Part shown: positions 18,020 to 27,000 of the stretch, one piece after another
Position numbering within the stretch: position 1 is the first letter of the stretch
Layout of the letters: every line of letters starts with the position of its first letter
Assembly (NCBI GenBank): GCA_964594865.1
Contig: CAZQMZ010000002.1
Span: 1,607-65,606 of the forward strand
Length of the DNA: 64,000 nucleotides
Reading direction: 5' to 3'
Source: an uncultured Lachnospiraceae bacterium
GTDB taxonomy: Bacteria > Bacillota > Clostridia > Christensenellales > UBA1242
The notes under the pieces: model-generated
What the model was told of the DNA's origin: nothing
What the model saw: only the letters and a program-made list of their open reading frames with translations
Database searches by the model: none
Program-made: the position numbers and the translations under genes

Positions 18020-19129
18020 ATGCAGAAAACGGGCAAGAACATCATCAAATTCAAAACAGAGAAACAAGATTGGAAAGATGTTGACGGCGATATCATGCGG
18101 TTTAAAAGCAAAATTATCTTCAAAAATTGCGAATTGGTGGACATAAATGAAAACTCTTCGCGAATTGTCGACATCTTGGTGGAAAACGGAATAGTCAAAA
18201 AAATTGGCAAACATATTTATGGAGATTCTCAAACAGAAGAGATAGACATCGACAAAAACTTTGTTTTGCCATCATTCAAAAATGCATTTGCTTATTCTTC
18301 CAAAGTTCATGAAATTGATTTGTCATTTGACAATAAAACACAGATGTTGTTCAGCGAACTTATGGTTCTCAAAGATGTTTTGGGTGGAGTTTTGTTTGCG
18401 GATGGCTCCAAAAACACTCTTTTGGTGGACGATATCGCAGAACTTGAAGAGAAAGATTTAAGCGAAATTTCCAATCTTTCCGCCAGCAAGAATTTGCAAG
18501 TTATTTTGAAAGTGGGACAAAACTTGGACGAACTTGGCACGGTGGACAAAAAGTTTGGGAAATCTTTGCCACTTGTTTTGGAAGATTTTGGCATTTTGGA
18601 CAGAGATTGGGTGCTTGTGGGCGGAAATTGTCTCGAAAAAGACGATTTGCGGATATTTAGAGAGCACGGAAACAAAATTGTCATTTGTCCACTTGAAGAT
18701 GGACAGGCGGGTCGACGACCGGTGAATCTTCTCACTCTCAAAAACTTGGACTTTGATATTGAAATTGGAAGTGGCTATGCCTTTGAGATTGACTATTTTG
18801 CATACATTCGACAGATTCTTATGCAACAATGGGCGCTTTTTGAGGATAAGAATTGCATATCAGAAAAAGATGTTTTTCTCATGGCAACGGGCGAGCCAAC
18901 TGTTAAGGAAGGTGATAGAGCAACTTTCATTGTCGTCAACAAAGAGCGTTCGCTCTATCCAACCATACTTCAAAGTCTTGTTTGGGGGAAGTCGAAACAG
19001 GATGTCATTATGACAGTACTCGAAGGGCGAATTATTCAAACATTTGGAGATATTGTCAGCGGAATCAGTGGGTTGGATTACTTTGAAATTATCGACGAAC
19101 TTGTCAAAAACATGAAAAAGGAGAAATAA
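18020..19129 (+). CDS. amidohydrolase-fold protein with degenerate metal site
   Basis: Layout resembles MtaD/chlorohydrolase-type amidohydrolases (IVKKIG...VLPSF.., ..VICPLED..). The expected HxH and late Asp positions are not conserved. Confidence 0.55.
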   Translation: MQKTGKNIIKFKTEKQDWKDVDGDIMRFKSKIIFKNCELVDINENSSRIVDILVENGIVKKIGKHIYGDSQTEEIDIDKNFVLPSFKNAFAYSSKVHEIDLSFDNKTQMLFSELMVLKDVLGGVLFADGSKNTLLVDDIAELEEKDLSEISNLSASKNLQVILKVGQNLDELGTVDKKFGKSLPLVLEDFGILDRDWVLVGGNCLEKDDLRIFREHGNKIVICPLEDGQAGRRPVNLLTLKNLDFDIEIGSGYAFEIDYFAYIRQILMQQWALFEDKNCISEKDVFLMATGEPTVKEGDRATFIVVNKERSLYPTILQSLVWGKSKQDVIMTVLEGRIIQTFGDIVSGISGLDYFEIIDELVKNMKKEK

Positions 19130-19130
19130 A

Positions 19131-21287
19131 ATGAAAATTGAAGAAAGATTGTCAAGCGAATTTGGATTGAGAGCAGATTATACACAAAACATAATTATGC
19201 TCATCGATGAAGGAAACACAATTCCGTTCATTGCGAGATATAGAAAGGAAATGCACGGCTCTTGCGACGACCAAGTGCTTCGTAATTTTGCAGATAGGTT
19301 GAAATATTTACGAAACCTTGATGACGAAAAAGAAAAGGTTCAAAAGGTCATCACCGAGCAAGGGAAGTGGACGGACGAACTTGCCAAAGTATTGGAAGAG
19401 GCAATGACCTTGACCGAAGTGGAAGACATTTATCGTCCATATAAGCCAAAGAGAAAGACAAGAGCAAGTGTGGCAATTGCGAAAGGATTGGAGCCGCTTG
19501 CTGACATTTTGCAAACACAAAGCAAAGATTTTGATGTCTATGAAGAAGCCAAAAAGTTTATCACCGAAGAAGTTGCCACTGTTGAAGATGCCATTGCAGG
19601 TGCGAAAGATATTGTTGCAGAGCGTATTTCTGACAGTGCTGAACTTCGAAAAGAACTGCGCGAAATCATTGCAAACAAGGCGTTCATCTTCTGCACTTTG
19701 GTTGAAAATGAAAACAACTTGACATATGAAACATATTCCGGATTCAAGCAAGAAGTCAACAAATTGCCAAGCCATAGAATTCTTGCCATAAATCGTGGTG
19801 AAAAAGAAAAATGTTTGAAAGTGGAAATTCAAATTGATGAGAAGTTGACCATCCCTGTGATTGAAAAATATTTCAAAAAAGACAATGAAAACACCAATGC
19901 ACTTATGGATGAAGTGTTTGCTGACAGTTATGAACGTCTGCTATTCCCTTCGCTTGAACGTGAATGCCGAAGCAATTTGACAGAAATGGCGGATGAGCAA
20001 GCAATCAAGATGTTTGAAGTCAATCTTCGCCCTCTTCTTCTTGAAGCACCACTCAAAAACAACATCATCATGGGCTTTGACCCGGGATATCACAACGGGT
20101 GCAAAATTGCCGTGATTGATAAAAATGGTTCGGTGCTTGACACGACAGTTGTCTATCCAACTCCACCACGCAACAAGACGGAAGAAGCAATGGAAAAGCT
20201 TAAAGTGATGATTGAGAAAAACAATGTTGACATCATCGCCATTGGAAACGGAACTGCGTCGAAAGAAAGTGAAATTTTTGTTGCCGAACTCATCAAAAAT
20301 TGCAATCGACCGGTGAGTTATGCCGTTGTCAGCGAAGCAGGTGCGAGTGTTTATTCTGCCTCCAAACTTGCAGCTGAGGAATTTCCAGAATATGACGTCA
20401 ACTTGCGTTCGGCTGTCTCCATTGCGAGAAGACTTCAAGACCCACTTGCTGAACTTATCAAAATTGACGTCAAGTCCATCGGAGTGGGGCAATATCAACA
20501 CGACATGCCACAAAATCGTTTGACGGAAGTGTTGACCGGTGTTGTGGAAGACTGCGTGAACAGTGTCGGCGTTGACCTAAACACTGCAAGTCCAAGTTTG
20601 TTGTCCTATGTTTCCGGACTCAATATGTCAATTGCGAAGAATATTGTGACATATCGTGGCAAAGTCAAAGGGTTCAAGAGTCGAGAAGAGTTGTTGCAAG
20701 TGCCAAAACTTGGGCCAAAAGCGTATGAACAATGCGCAGGCTTTTTGCGTGTCGTTGGAGGAGATAATGTGCTTGACAACACCGCTGTGCATCCGGAAAG
20801 TTATGATGCAACAAGAAAACTTCTCAATATTTTTGATTTGACCGAAGATGATGTCAAAGAAGGAAAACTTGTGCTCTTGCCAAAAATGATTGAAAATAAA
20901 GGTGAGAAAAAAGTGGCGGATGAATGTGGCGTTGGTGTTCCAACACTGAGCGATATCACAAATGAATTGTTGAAACCGGGACGTGACATCCGAGAAAGTA
21001 TGCCAAAACCTGTGCTTAGAAGTGACGTCATTCACATGGAAGACTTGAAAGAAGGAATGGTTTTCAGAGGTGTTGTCAGAAATGTCGTTGACTTTGGTGC
21101 TTTTGTGGATATTGGAGTGCACCAAGATGGACTGGTTCACATTTCACAACTTTCTGATTCTTTCGTCAAACATCCAAGTGATGTTGTGAAGGTTGGAGAT
21201 GTTGTCGATGTGAAAGTTATGGCTGTTGACCTTGCAAAGAAAAGAATTTCATTGACCATGAAAGGAATTGAAAAAGATGGAGAGTGA
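19131..21287 (+). CDS. tex: transcription accessory protein Tex
   Basis: YqgF/RuvC-like and HhH regions. C-terminal S1 domain (GMVFRGVVRNVVDFGAFVDIG). Confidence 0.9.
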   Translation: MKIEERLSSEFGLRADYTQNIIMLIDEGNTIPFIARYRKEMHGSCDDQVLRNFADRLKYLRNLDDEKEKVQKVITEQGKWTDELAKVLEEAMTLTEVEDIYRPYKPKRKTRASVAIAKGLEPLADILQTQSKDFDVYEEAKKFITEEVATVEDAIAGAKDIVAERISDSAELRKELREIIANKAFIFCTLVENENNLTYETYSGFKQEVNKLPSHRILAINRGEKEKCLKVEIQIDEKLTIPVIEKYFKKDNENTNALMDEVFADSYERLLFPSLERECRSNLTEMADEQAIKMFEVNLRPLLLEAPLKNNIIMGFDPGYHNGCKIAVIDKNGSVLDTTVVYPTPPRNKTEEAMEKLKVMIEKNNVDIIAIGNGTASKESEIFVAELIKNCNRPVSYAVVSEAGASVYSASKLAAEEFPEYDVNLRSAVSIARRLQDPLAELIKIDVKSIGVGQYQHDMPQNRLTEVLTGVVEDCVNSVGVDLNTASPSLLSYVSGLNMSIAKNIVTYRGKVKGFKSREELLQVPKLGPKAYEQCAGFLRVVGGDNVLDNTAVHPESYDATRKLLNIFDLTEDDVKEGKLVLLPKMIENKGEKKVADECGVGVPTLSDITNELLKPGRDIRESMPKPVLRSDVIHMEDLKEGMVFRGVVRNVVDFGAFVDIGVHQDGLVHISQLSDSFVKHPSDVVKVGDVVDVKVMAVDLAKKRISLTMKGIEKDGE

Positions 21288-21438
21288 AATCTGTCCAAAG
21301 TGCCACACCAGCGCCGAGGAAATTTTGGAAACGGGCTTTGTGGGATGTGAAAAATGCTATGAACTTCCATCGGTGAAGAGAGCAGTAGACAAGATGTTTG
21401 GAGGAAAAAGGCATCCAACAAGCGAAAGTTTTGAGTGA
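21277..21438 (+). CDS. mcsA: mini McsA-like zinc-finger protein (53 aa)
   Basis: MESEICPKCH..GFVGCEKCY contains two CxxC pairs. Immediately precedes mcsB-clpC. Overlaps the tex stop by 11 nt. Not in the supplied ORF track because it is under 60 aa. Confidence 0.6.
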   Translation: MESEICPKCHTSAEEILETGFVGCEKCYELPSVKRAVDKMFGGKRHPTSESFE

Positions 21439-21445
21439 GTGAAAA

Positions 21446-22453
21446 GTGAAGAATTTTGAAAACATTGCAATTTCATCTCGAATTCGTTTGGCACGCAATG
21501 TGTCTGGATTTAATTTTTTCACGAAATTACGTGACGAAAATGACGCCAACTTCATTGTGTCATCTGTTTCTTTTGCACTCTCAAAATTTGGAGATTTTGA
21601 CATAATCAAACTGAAAAATCTTCCTTTAAATGAATGTAACGCACTTTTGGAACGCCACATCATCAGCAGAGAACTCATCGAAAACAAAGATATTTCAGCT
21701 GTGGCACTTTCGCCAGATGAACATTTGATCATAATGATGAATGAAGAAGATCACATAAGGGAACAATGTATGTGGGAAGGATTTGATCTCTTTCGACCTT
21801 ATCGTGAAATCAAAAAACTTGACGACCTTCTTCTGTCAGAAATCGATGTGGCGTATTCGAAAGATTATGGTTTCATCACATCCAGTCCGTCGAATCTTGG
21901 CACGGGGATGAGAGCGTCTGTCATGTTGTTTTTGCCTGCTTTGGAAAGGATTGGCGACATCAATATCATCAAAAGCGAAACAAAGAAAGAAGGTCTCACG
22001 GTGCGAGGTTTATATGGCGAAGGCAGTGGCGCACGTGGAAGTTTTTATCAAATTTCCAACCAAAATTCGCTTGGTATGACCGAAAAAGAAATCATTGACA
22101 GTGTGTCGGAATATGTTTATGAAATTTGTGAAATGGAACTTTCGGCAAGAGAAGATGTCTTGGCAACCAATCACGATGCACTCATCGATGAGATATATCG
22201 GGCGTATGGAGACTTGAAAGAGTGTTTTTTGCTTGAAGAAAAAGAGATGTTGGAAAAATTGTCATTGATCAAATTCGGCGCAGTTTTGGGTTTTTTGAAA
22301 ATCAACGATCAAAAGGCTTTTGACAAGTTGTCAATCGAGGGTTGTTCGGCAAATTTGAAAGAAATTGAAAATTTTTCCAACTCTTCAAAGGAGAATCTCA
22401 AAAGAAGTGAGTATATAAATAGGAAAATCAAAGAACTTGTTGAACGTGCATGA
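21446..22453 (+). CDS. mcsB: protein arginine kinase
   Basis: ATP:guanido phosphotransferase motifs (NEEDHIR, SNLGTGMRAS). GTG start. Confidence 0.9.
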   Translation: MKNFENIAISSRIRLARNVSGFNFFTKLRDENDANFIVSSVSFALSKFGDFDIIKLKNLPLNECNALLERHIISRELIENKDISAVALSPDEHLIIMMNEEDHIREQCMWEGFDLFRPYREIKKLDDLLLSEIDVAYSKDYGFITSSPSNLGTGMRASVMLFLPALERIGDINIIKSETKKEGLTVRGLYGEGSGARGSFYQISNQNSLGMTEKEIIDSVSEYVYEICEMELSAREDVLATNHDALIDEIYRAYGDLKECFLLEEKEMLEKLSLIKFGAVLGFLKINDQKAFDKLSIEGCSANLKEIENFSNSSKENLKRSEYINRKIKELVERA

Positions 22454-22480
22454 TGAAATTTGATTTTAAGGAGGAAAAAT

Positions 22481-24910
22481 ATGGCTTTGAATAGTGGACT
22501 TTTTTCGGATAGCATTGAAAAAGTGATTAAAAATGCAAGTAAAATTGCACTGCGCTTTGGGAGCAATCTTGTCGGCACGGAGCATGTTTTGTATGGACTT
22601 GTCAGTGTGAGCGATTGCACTGCATCCAAACTGCTTTCATCATATGGAGTCACCGAAAATGCCCTTTTTGAACTTTTTGAAGAGTCGGCAAGTGGGGTTG
22701 CGCTTTTTGGTAATGTGGAGTTGACTCCACGAACAAAAGAATTGTTTCAAATTGCACAGCAAATTGCAATGGATTTGGGACATTCTTTCATTGGAACAGA
22801 ACATTTGCTTTTGGCAATTTTGTCCAATAAGAGTTGTTATGCCACAAGAATTCTGGAAAATTTCTTTAATATTGATGTTGAAGAAGTGAAAATCAAACTG
22901 CTTTCTTCTCTTCAAATCAATGTGACAAACAGAGAAAACAAAAAATCGGAAGATAATTCTCAAGCTGGAAGCACTTTGCCGGAAAAATTATTGGAAATGG
23001 GCAGTGACATCACATTGAAAGCGCGTCAACATAAACTTGATCCGGTGATTGGACGAGAAGATGAAATTCAGCGCGTCATTGAAATTCTTTGTCGCAAAAC
23101 CAAAAACAATCCGGTGCTTATTGGTGAAGCTGGCGTTGGAAAGACATCGGTTGTTGAAGGTTTGGCACAGGCAATTGCCAGCGGTGATGTCCCAGAACAA
23201 ATCAAGGACAAAACTGTCTATGCTCTTGAAATGGGCGGGCTTATGGCTGGCACAAAATATCGTGGACAAATGGAAGAAAAACTTAAAGATGTCATTGAAA
23301 CCATCATTCAAAATGGCAACATCATTGTCTTTATTGATGAAATTCACACATTGGCGCAAGCGGGAAGTGAAAAGGGTGAAACAAGCCCTGCGGATATGCT
23401 TAAACCATATCTCGCACGTGGTGAATTACAAACCATTGGTGCAACCACAACAGATGAATATCGAAAATATATTGAAAAGGACAAAGCTTTGGAACGTCGT
23501 TTCCAACCTGTGATGGTCAATCCACCATCTGTTGAACAAACAATCGAGATTTTGAAAGGCTTGAAGGACACATATGAGGCCTTTCACAAAATAATCATCA
23601 CCGATGAAGCAATCTCGGCGGCGGCACATCTTTCGGACAGATATATCACAGACAGAAGTTTGCCAGACAAAGCGATTGACCTTATTGATGAGGCTTGCTC
23701 ACGTGCAAAGGTCAATTTCACACTCAAACCGCAAAAAGTGCGTGATTTGGAAGATAAAATCAAGGCACTTTCGGCGAGTCGCGACGAGGCATCTCTCCAA
23801 AGGAATTACGAAAAAGCGGCGAAATTGCAGTCAGAAATCATAAATCTTGAAAATGAATTGCGTGCGCAAAATGAAAAAATTGTCAAAAAGAGTGGAAGCA
23901 GTCAAATCGGCGAAAACGAAATTGCAGAAGTTGTGTCAAAATGGACTGGTATTCCTGTGACAAAACTCACCGAAGGTGAGAAAGAAAAACTTTTGCATTT
24001 GGAAGAGATTTTACACAAGCGTGTTGTGGGACAGAATGAGGCAATCAATGCTGTGTCCAAGGCGATAAGACGTGCAAGAGTGGGGCTTCAAGACAACAAA
24101 CGACCAATCGGTTCTTTCCTGTTTATGGGCCCAACCGGTGTGGGCAAGACGGAGCTTTCCAAGGCTATTGCAGAAGCACTCTTTGACAACGAAAACAACA
24201 TTGTTCGAATTGATATGAGTGAATATATGGAAAGTCACACTGTTTCCAAACTTATTGGTTCACCTCCGGGATATGTTGGTTTTGATGAAGGCGGGCAGTT
24301 GACCGAACAAGTGCGCAGAAAACCATACAGTGTTGTTCTTTTTGATGAAATTGAAAAAGCACATCCGGAAGTTTTGAATGCTCTTCTTCAAATTTTGGAT
24401 GACGGGCGACTGACGGACAGCAAAGGTCGAACGGTGTCGTTCAAAAACACTGTCATCATAATGACAAGCAACATCGGTGCAAATGAAATTCGTCAACAAA
24501 AACAACTCGGCTTTGGCTCTGAAAACAATCAAAAAATCAATGAAAAAGACATATATATGGATGCGCTTAAGAAGAAATTTAAGCCAGAACTTATCAATCG
24601 TATTGATGTTATTTGCATTTTTGAAAGCCTTTCGAAGAAAGATCTTGAAAAGATTGCAGAAATTTTGATTTCTGGAATCAACAAGCGTCTTTCTGCAAAA
24701 GGTTTGAAAATTTTGGTGGACAGAGAAGCAATCGACTTTGTTGTCGCAAAAGGTTCCAATCTCACTTATGGCGCAAGACCACTCAAACGTTTCATTGAGC
24801 AAGAGATTGAAGACCGCATCGCTGAAAAGATATTACTTGGCAATTTGCCTGATCATGGAACAATTCATGTGGGACTGAAAGGCGACGAGTTGAAATTTAG
24901 TGTGGAATGA
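22481..24910 (+). CDS. clpC: ATP-dependent Clp protease ATP-binding subunit ClpC
   Basis: Clp N repeats, two AAA+ modules ([16 protein letters not shown]), UVR-like linker. SD AAGGAGG precedes ATG 22481. Confidence 0.95.
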   Translation: MALNSGLFSDSIEKVIKNASKIALRFGSNLVGTEHVLYGLVSVSDCTASKLLSSYGVTENALFELFEESASGVALFGNVELTPRTKELFQIAQQIAMDLGHSFIGTEHLLLAILSNKSCYATRILENFFNIDVEEVKIKLLSSLQINVTNRENKKSEDNSQAGSTLPEKLLEMGSDITLKARQHKLDPVIGREDEIQRVIEILCRKTKNNPVLIGEAGVGKTSVVEGLAQAIASGDVPEQIKDKTVYALEMGGLMAGTKYRGQMEEKLKDVIETIIQNGNIIVFIDEIHTLAQAGSEKGETSPADMLKPYLARGELQTIGATTTDEYRKYIEKDKALERRFQPVMVNPPSVEQTIEILKGLKDTYEAFHKIIITDEAISAAAHLSDRYITDRSLPDKAIDLIDEACSRAKVNFTLKPQKVRDLEDKIKALSASRDEASLQRNYEKAAKLQSEIINLENELRAQNEKIVKKSGSSQIGENEIAEVVSKWTGIPVTKLTEGEKEKLLHLEEILHKRVVGQNEAINAVSKAIRRARVGLQDNKRPIGSFLFMGPTGVGKTELSKAIAEALFDNENNIVRIDMSEYMESHTVSKLIGSPPGYVGFDEGGQLTEQVRRKPYSVVLFDEIEKAHPEVLNALLQILDDGRLTDSKGRTVSFKNTVIIMTSNIGANEIRQQKQLGFGSENNQKINEKDIYMDALKKKFKPELINRIDVICIFESLSKKDLEKIAEILISGINKRLSAKGLKILVDREAIDFVVAKGSNLTYGARPLKRFIEQEIEDRIAEKILLGNLPDHGTIHVGLKGDELKFSVE

Positions 24911-25001
24911 TGAAAAATTATTTTGAAAATGCTAAAATTTTTGATATAATGTGTCATATAAAAATTTGATGACAATTTGTCATTTAAAAAGGAGAAGAAT
25001 T

Positions 25002-25529
25002 ATGAAAGTTACTTTTGTCGAAAACAAATATAAAATTGCCAAGCGCTTCAAAGATGTTGTCAATGAAAAATTGGCAAGACTTGACAAATATTTTGGTGAG
25101 GATGCAAATGCAAGAGTTGTTTGCTCAACACAAAACAAGATGGATAAACTTGAAATCACAATTTCCAACAAGGGCATTTTATATCGCTCTGAAGTTTTGA
25201 GCCCAAATATGTATAACAACATTGACACAGCACTTCCAAAACTTGAAAAACAAATTGTGCGAAACAGAGAAAAAATGAAAGACAAAAAACGTTCTGTCAC
25301 AAAGAATTATGGTTTCGAATTTTTGGAAGAGTTGCCAGAACTCAAACTTCCGGGAATTTATAAAACGAAGTCTTTTGACCTTGATCCAACAACTGTGGAA
25401 GAAGCAAAGGATGCAATCGAAAGATTGGGACACAGTTTCTATGTTTTCCTTAATGCTGAAACAGGCAAAGTGAATGTGCTCTATAAGCGCACACAGGGTG
25501 GTTATGGTCTGATTGAAGTGAATTCATAA
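25002..25529 (+). CDS. hpf: ribosome hibernation promoting factor, long form
   Basis: S30AE-type N-terminal domain plus C-terminal dimerisation domain (KTKSFDLDPTTVEEA..GHSFYVFLN). SD AAAGGAGAAG. Confidence 0.9.
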   Translation: MKVTFVENKYKIAKRFKDVVNEKLARLDKYFGEDANARVVCSTQNKMDKLEITISNKGILYRSEVLSPNMYNNIDTALPKLEKQIVRNREKMKDKKRSVTKNYGFEFLEELPELKLPGIYKTKSFDLDPTTVEEAKDAIERLGHSFYVFLNAETGKVNVLYKRTQGGYGLIEVNS

Positions 25530-25530
25530 G

Positions 25531-25558
25531 AAAAAACACCATTTTTGGTGTTTTTTTT
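25531..25558 (+). terminator. intrinsic terminator after hpf
   Basis: AAAAAACACC / GGTGTTTTTT hairpin with T run. Confidence 0.85.
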
Positions 25559-25633
25559 GATGTTTATGCCGTTTTTAAAACATTTTTGTTGAATTGTTTT
25601 GATATTTTTCCATGAAAAGCACACAATATCTTC

Positions 25634-26140
25634 ATGAAAAAATGGTTGTGTGTGTTGTTGATTTGTTTTTGTGTGTTTGCGGTTGGTTGCGACAGTGAAA
25701 CACAAGTGAATTGTGCACATATTTCAAACATAACTTCGGCACTGTCCAATCAATATGCCATCAAGGTTGTTTTGGATGATGACGAACGTGTTCAAGAAAA
25801 ATATGTCAGCCTGCAGATCAAATCGAGTGTGGAAAATTTATCCTTAACTTTTGGAGAAGAAATGGGAGATGACTATGTCCTGTCTTTTCCCAAAGCTGAC
25901 TATTGGTATAACTTGACGTATTTGATCAGTCAAACAAACGGTGTGGGCACTGAAGCAGGTTATTTGGATTATGAAGAATATGGCGATCGCGTTTTTCGTT
26001 TCTCAGCCGAAGAAGATGTCAAACTTACTTTTCGGATGGTTGCGGGTGCCACGAAGGTGAACGAAGAAACAGGTGAAGAGATTTTGGTTTTGAGCGAACC
26101 TATTTCCAAAGAAGTGGAAGTGGATGTCAAAAAAAATTGA
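25634..26140 (+). CDS. lipoprotein, unknown function
   Basis: Signal peptide with lipobox AVGC. Confidence 0.55.
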   Translation: MKKWLCVLLICFCVFAVGCDSETQVNCAHISNITSALSNQYAIKVVLDDDERVQEKYVSLQIKSSVENLSLTFGEEMGDDYVLSFPKADYWYNLTYLISQTNGVGTEAGYLDYEEYGDRVFRFSAEEDVKLTFRMVAGATKVNEETGEEILVLSEPISKEVEVDVKKN

Positions 26141-26236
26141 TTATTGAAATATGATATAATGGTTTGCAAAAGTTGCAAATCATTTTTATTTTTTTTTCAA
26201 ATATGTTATCATATATAAAAATAGGCAGGAGATTTT

Positions 26237-26881
26237 ATGTTATCAATAAAAAATTTATATCTCAAATACACAAAAGAATTCTACGCTTTGGAAAATATAA
26301 GTTTGGAAGTTTCTTCTGGCGAAAGCGTTGCTTTTGTTGGAGAACAAAACAGTGGAAAGACCACACTTTTGCGCGTTATTGCAAAATTGGAGGAGTTTGA
26401 CAGCGGAGAAATCTACATCAACAATATTCCACTCAAAAAAGTTGATTTCAAGACAGATGTGAGCGTTGGCTATGTGCCATATTGTCCTGTTTTTCTCGAA
26501 AATAAGACTGTTTACGAGAATTTTCGATATATCTTGAACAAAAAAGGTGTCAAACCAGCAGAAGCAGAAAAAATGATCAACAATGCAATCATCGATTTTT
26601 CGATTGAAAAACTTCGTGATGAAAAAATTAAAAACATTCGAAAGGAAGACAAATATATCTTGTCGCTCATTCGTTTGACTTTCAGACCGATTGATTTACT
26701 TCTTATTGACAACATTTTTGACGACATTTCGGATGTCTATGTCGATGCAATTTTATATTTTATCAAAAAATTAAAAACACCAAACAACACATTGATTATG
26801 GCTTGCACACGTCCTGAAATTGCTGAAAAAGTTTGTAAGCGCAAGATCTATTTCGAACATGGAAAGATTATTGAAGAATAG
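26237..26881 (+). CDS. orphan ABC-type ATPase domain protein with degenerate catalytic motifs
   Basis: Walker A GEQNSGKT is intact. The Q-loop, signature, Walker B Glu (LLLIDN) and H-loop positions are substituted. No permease gene is adjacent. Confidence 0.7.
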   Translation: MLSIKNLYLKYTKEFYALENISLEVSSGESVAFVGEQNSGKTTLLRVIAKLEEFDSGEIYINNIPLKKVDFKTDVSVGYVPYCPVFLENKTVYENFRYILNKKGVKPAEAEKMINNAIIDFSIEKLRDEKIKNIRKEDKYILSLIRLTFRPIDLLLIDNIFDDISDVYVDAILYFIKKLKTPNNTLIMACTRPEIAEKVCKRKIYFEHGKIIEE

Positions 26882-26894
26882 AAAGAGCATAAAG

Positions 26895-26920
26895 ACTTCG
26901 TTTTGGGACGAAGTTTTTTT
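26895..26920 (+). terminator. intrinsic terminator
   Basis: ACTTCGT / ACGAAGT stem followed by a T run. Confidence 0.85.
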
Positions 26921-27000
26921 GTTGCGGAAAATCACAGCTTTTTTTTGAAATTTTTGCTATTTTTTGGTGTTTTGCATTTTTATGTGTTAAAATATAGTAT

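Noticed and set aside
24951-25001. Upstream extension of hpf (MSYKNLMTICHLKRRRI...), and similar N-terminal extensions in the ORF track for clpC, rluD, ybeY, pgsA, rplU, the ytxC-like gene and yqfD.
   Set aside because: In each case an internal ATG is preceded by a well-spaced strong SD and gives the canonical N-terminus. The extensions contain the SD itself or overlap the upstream gene.
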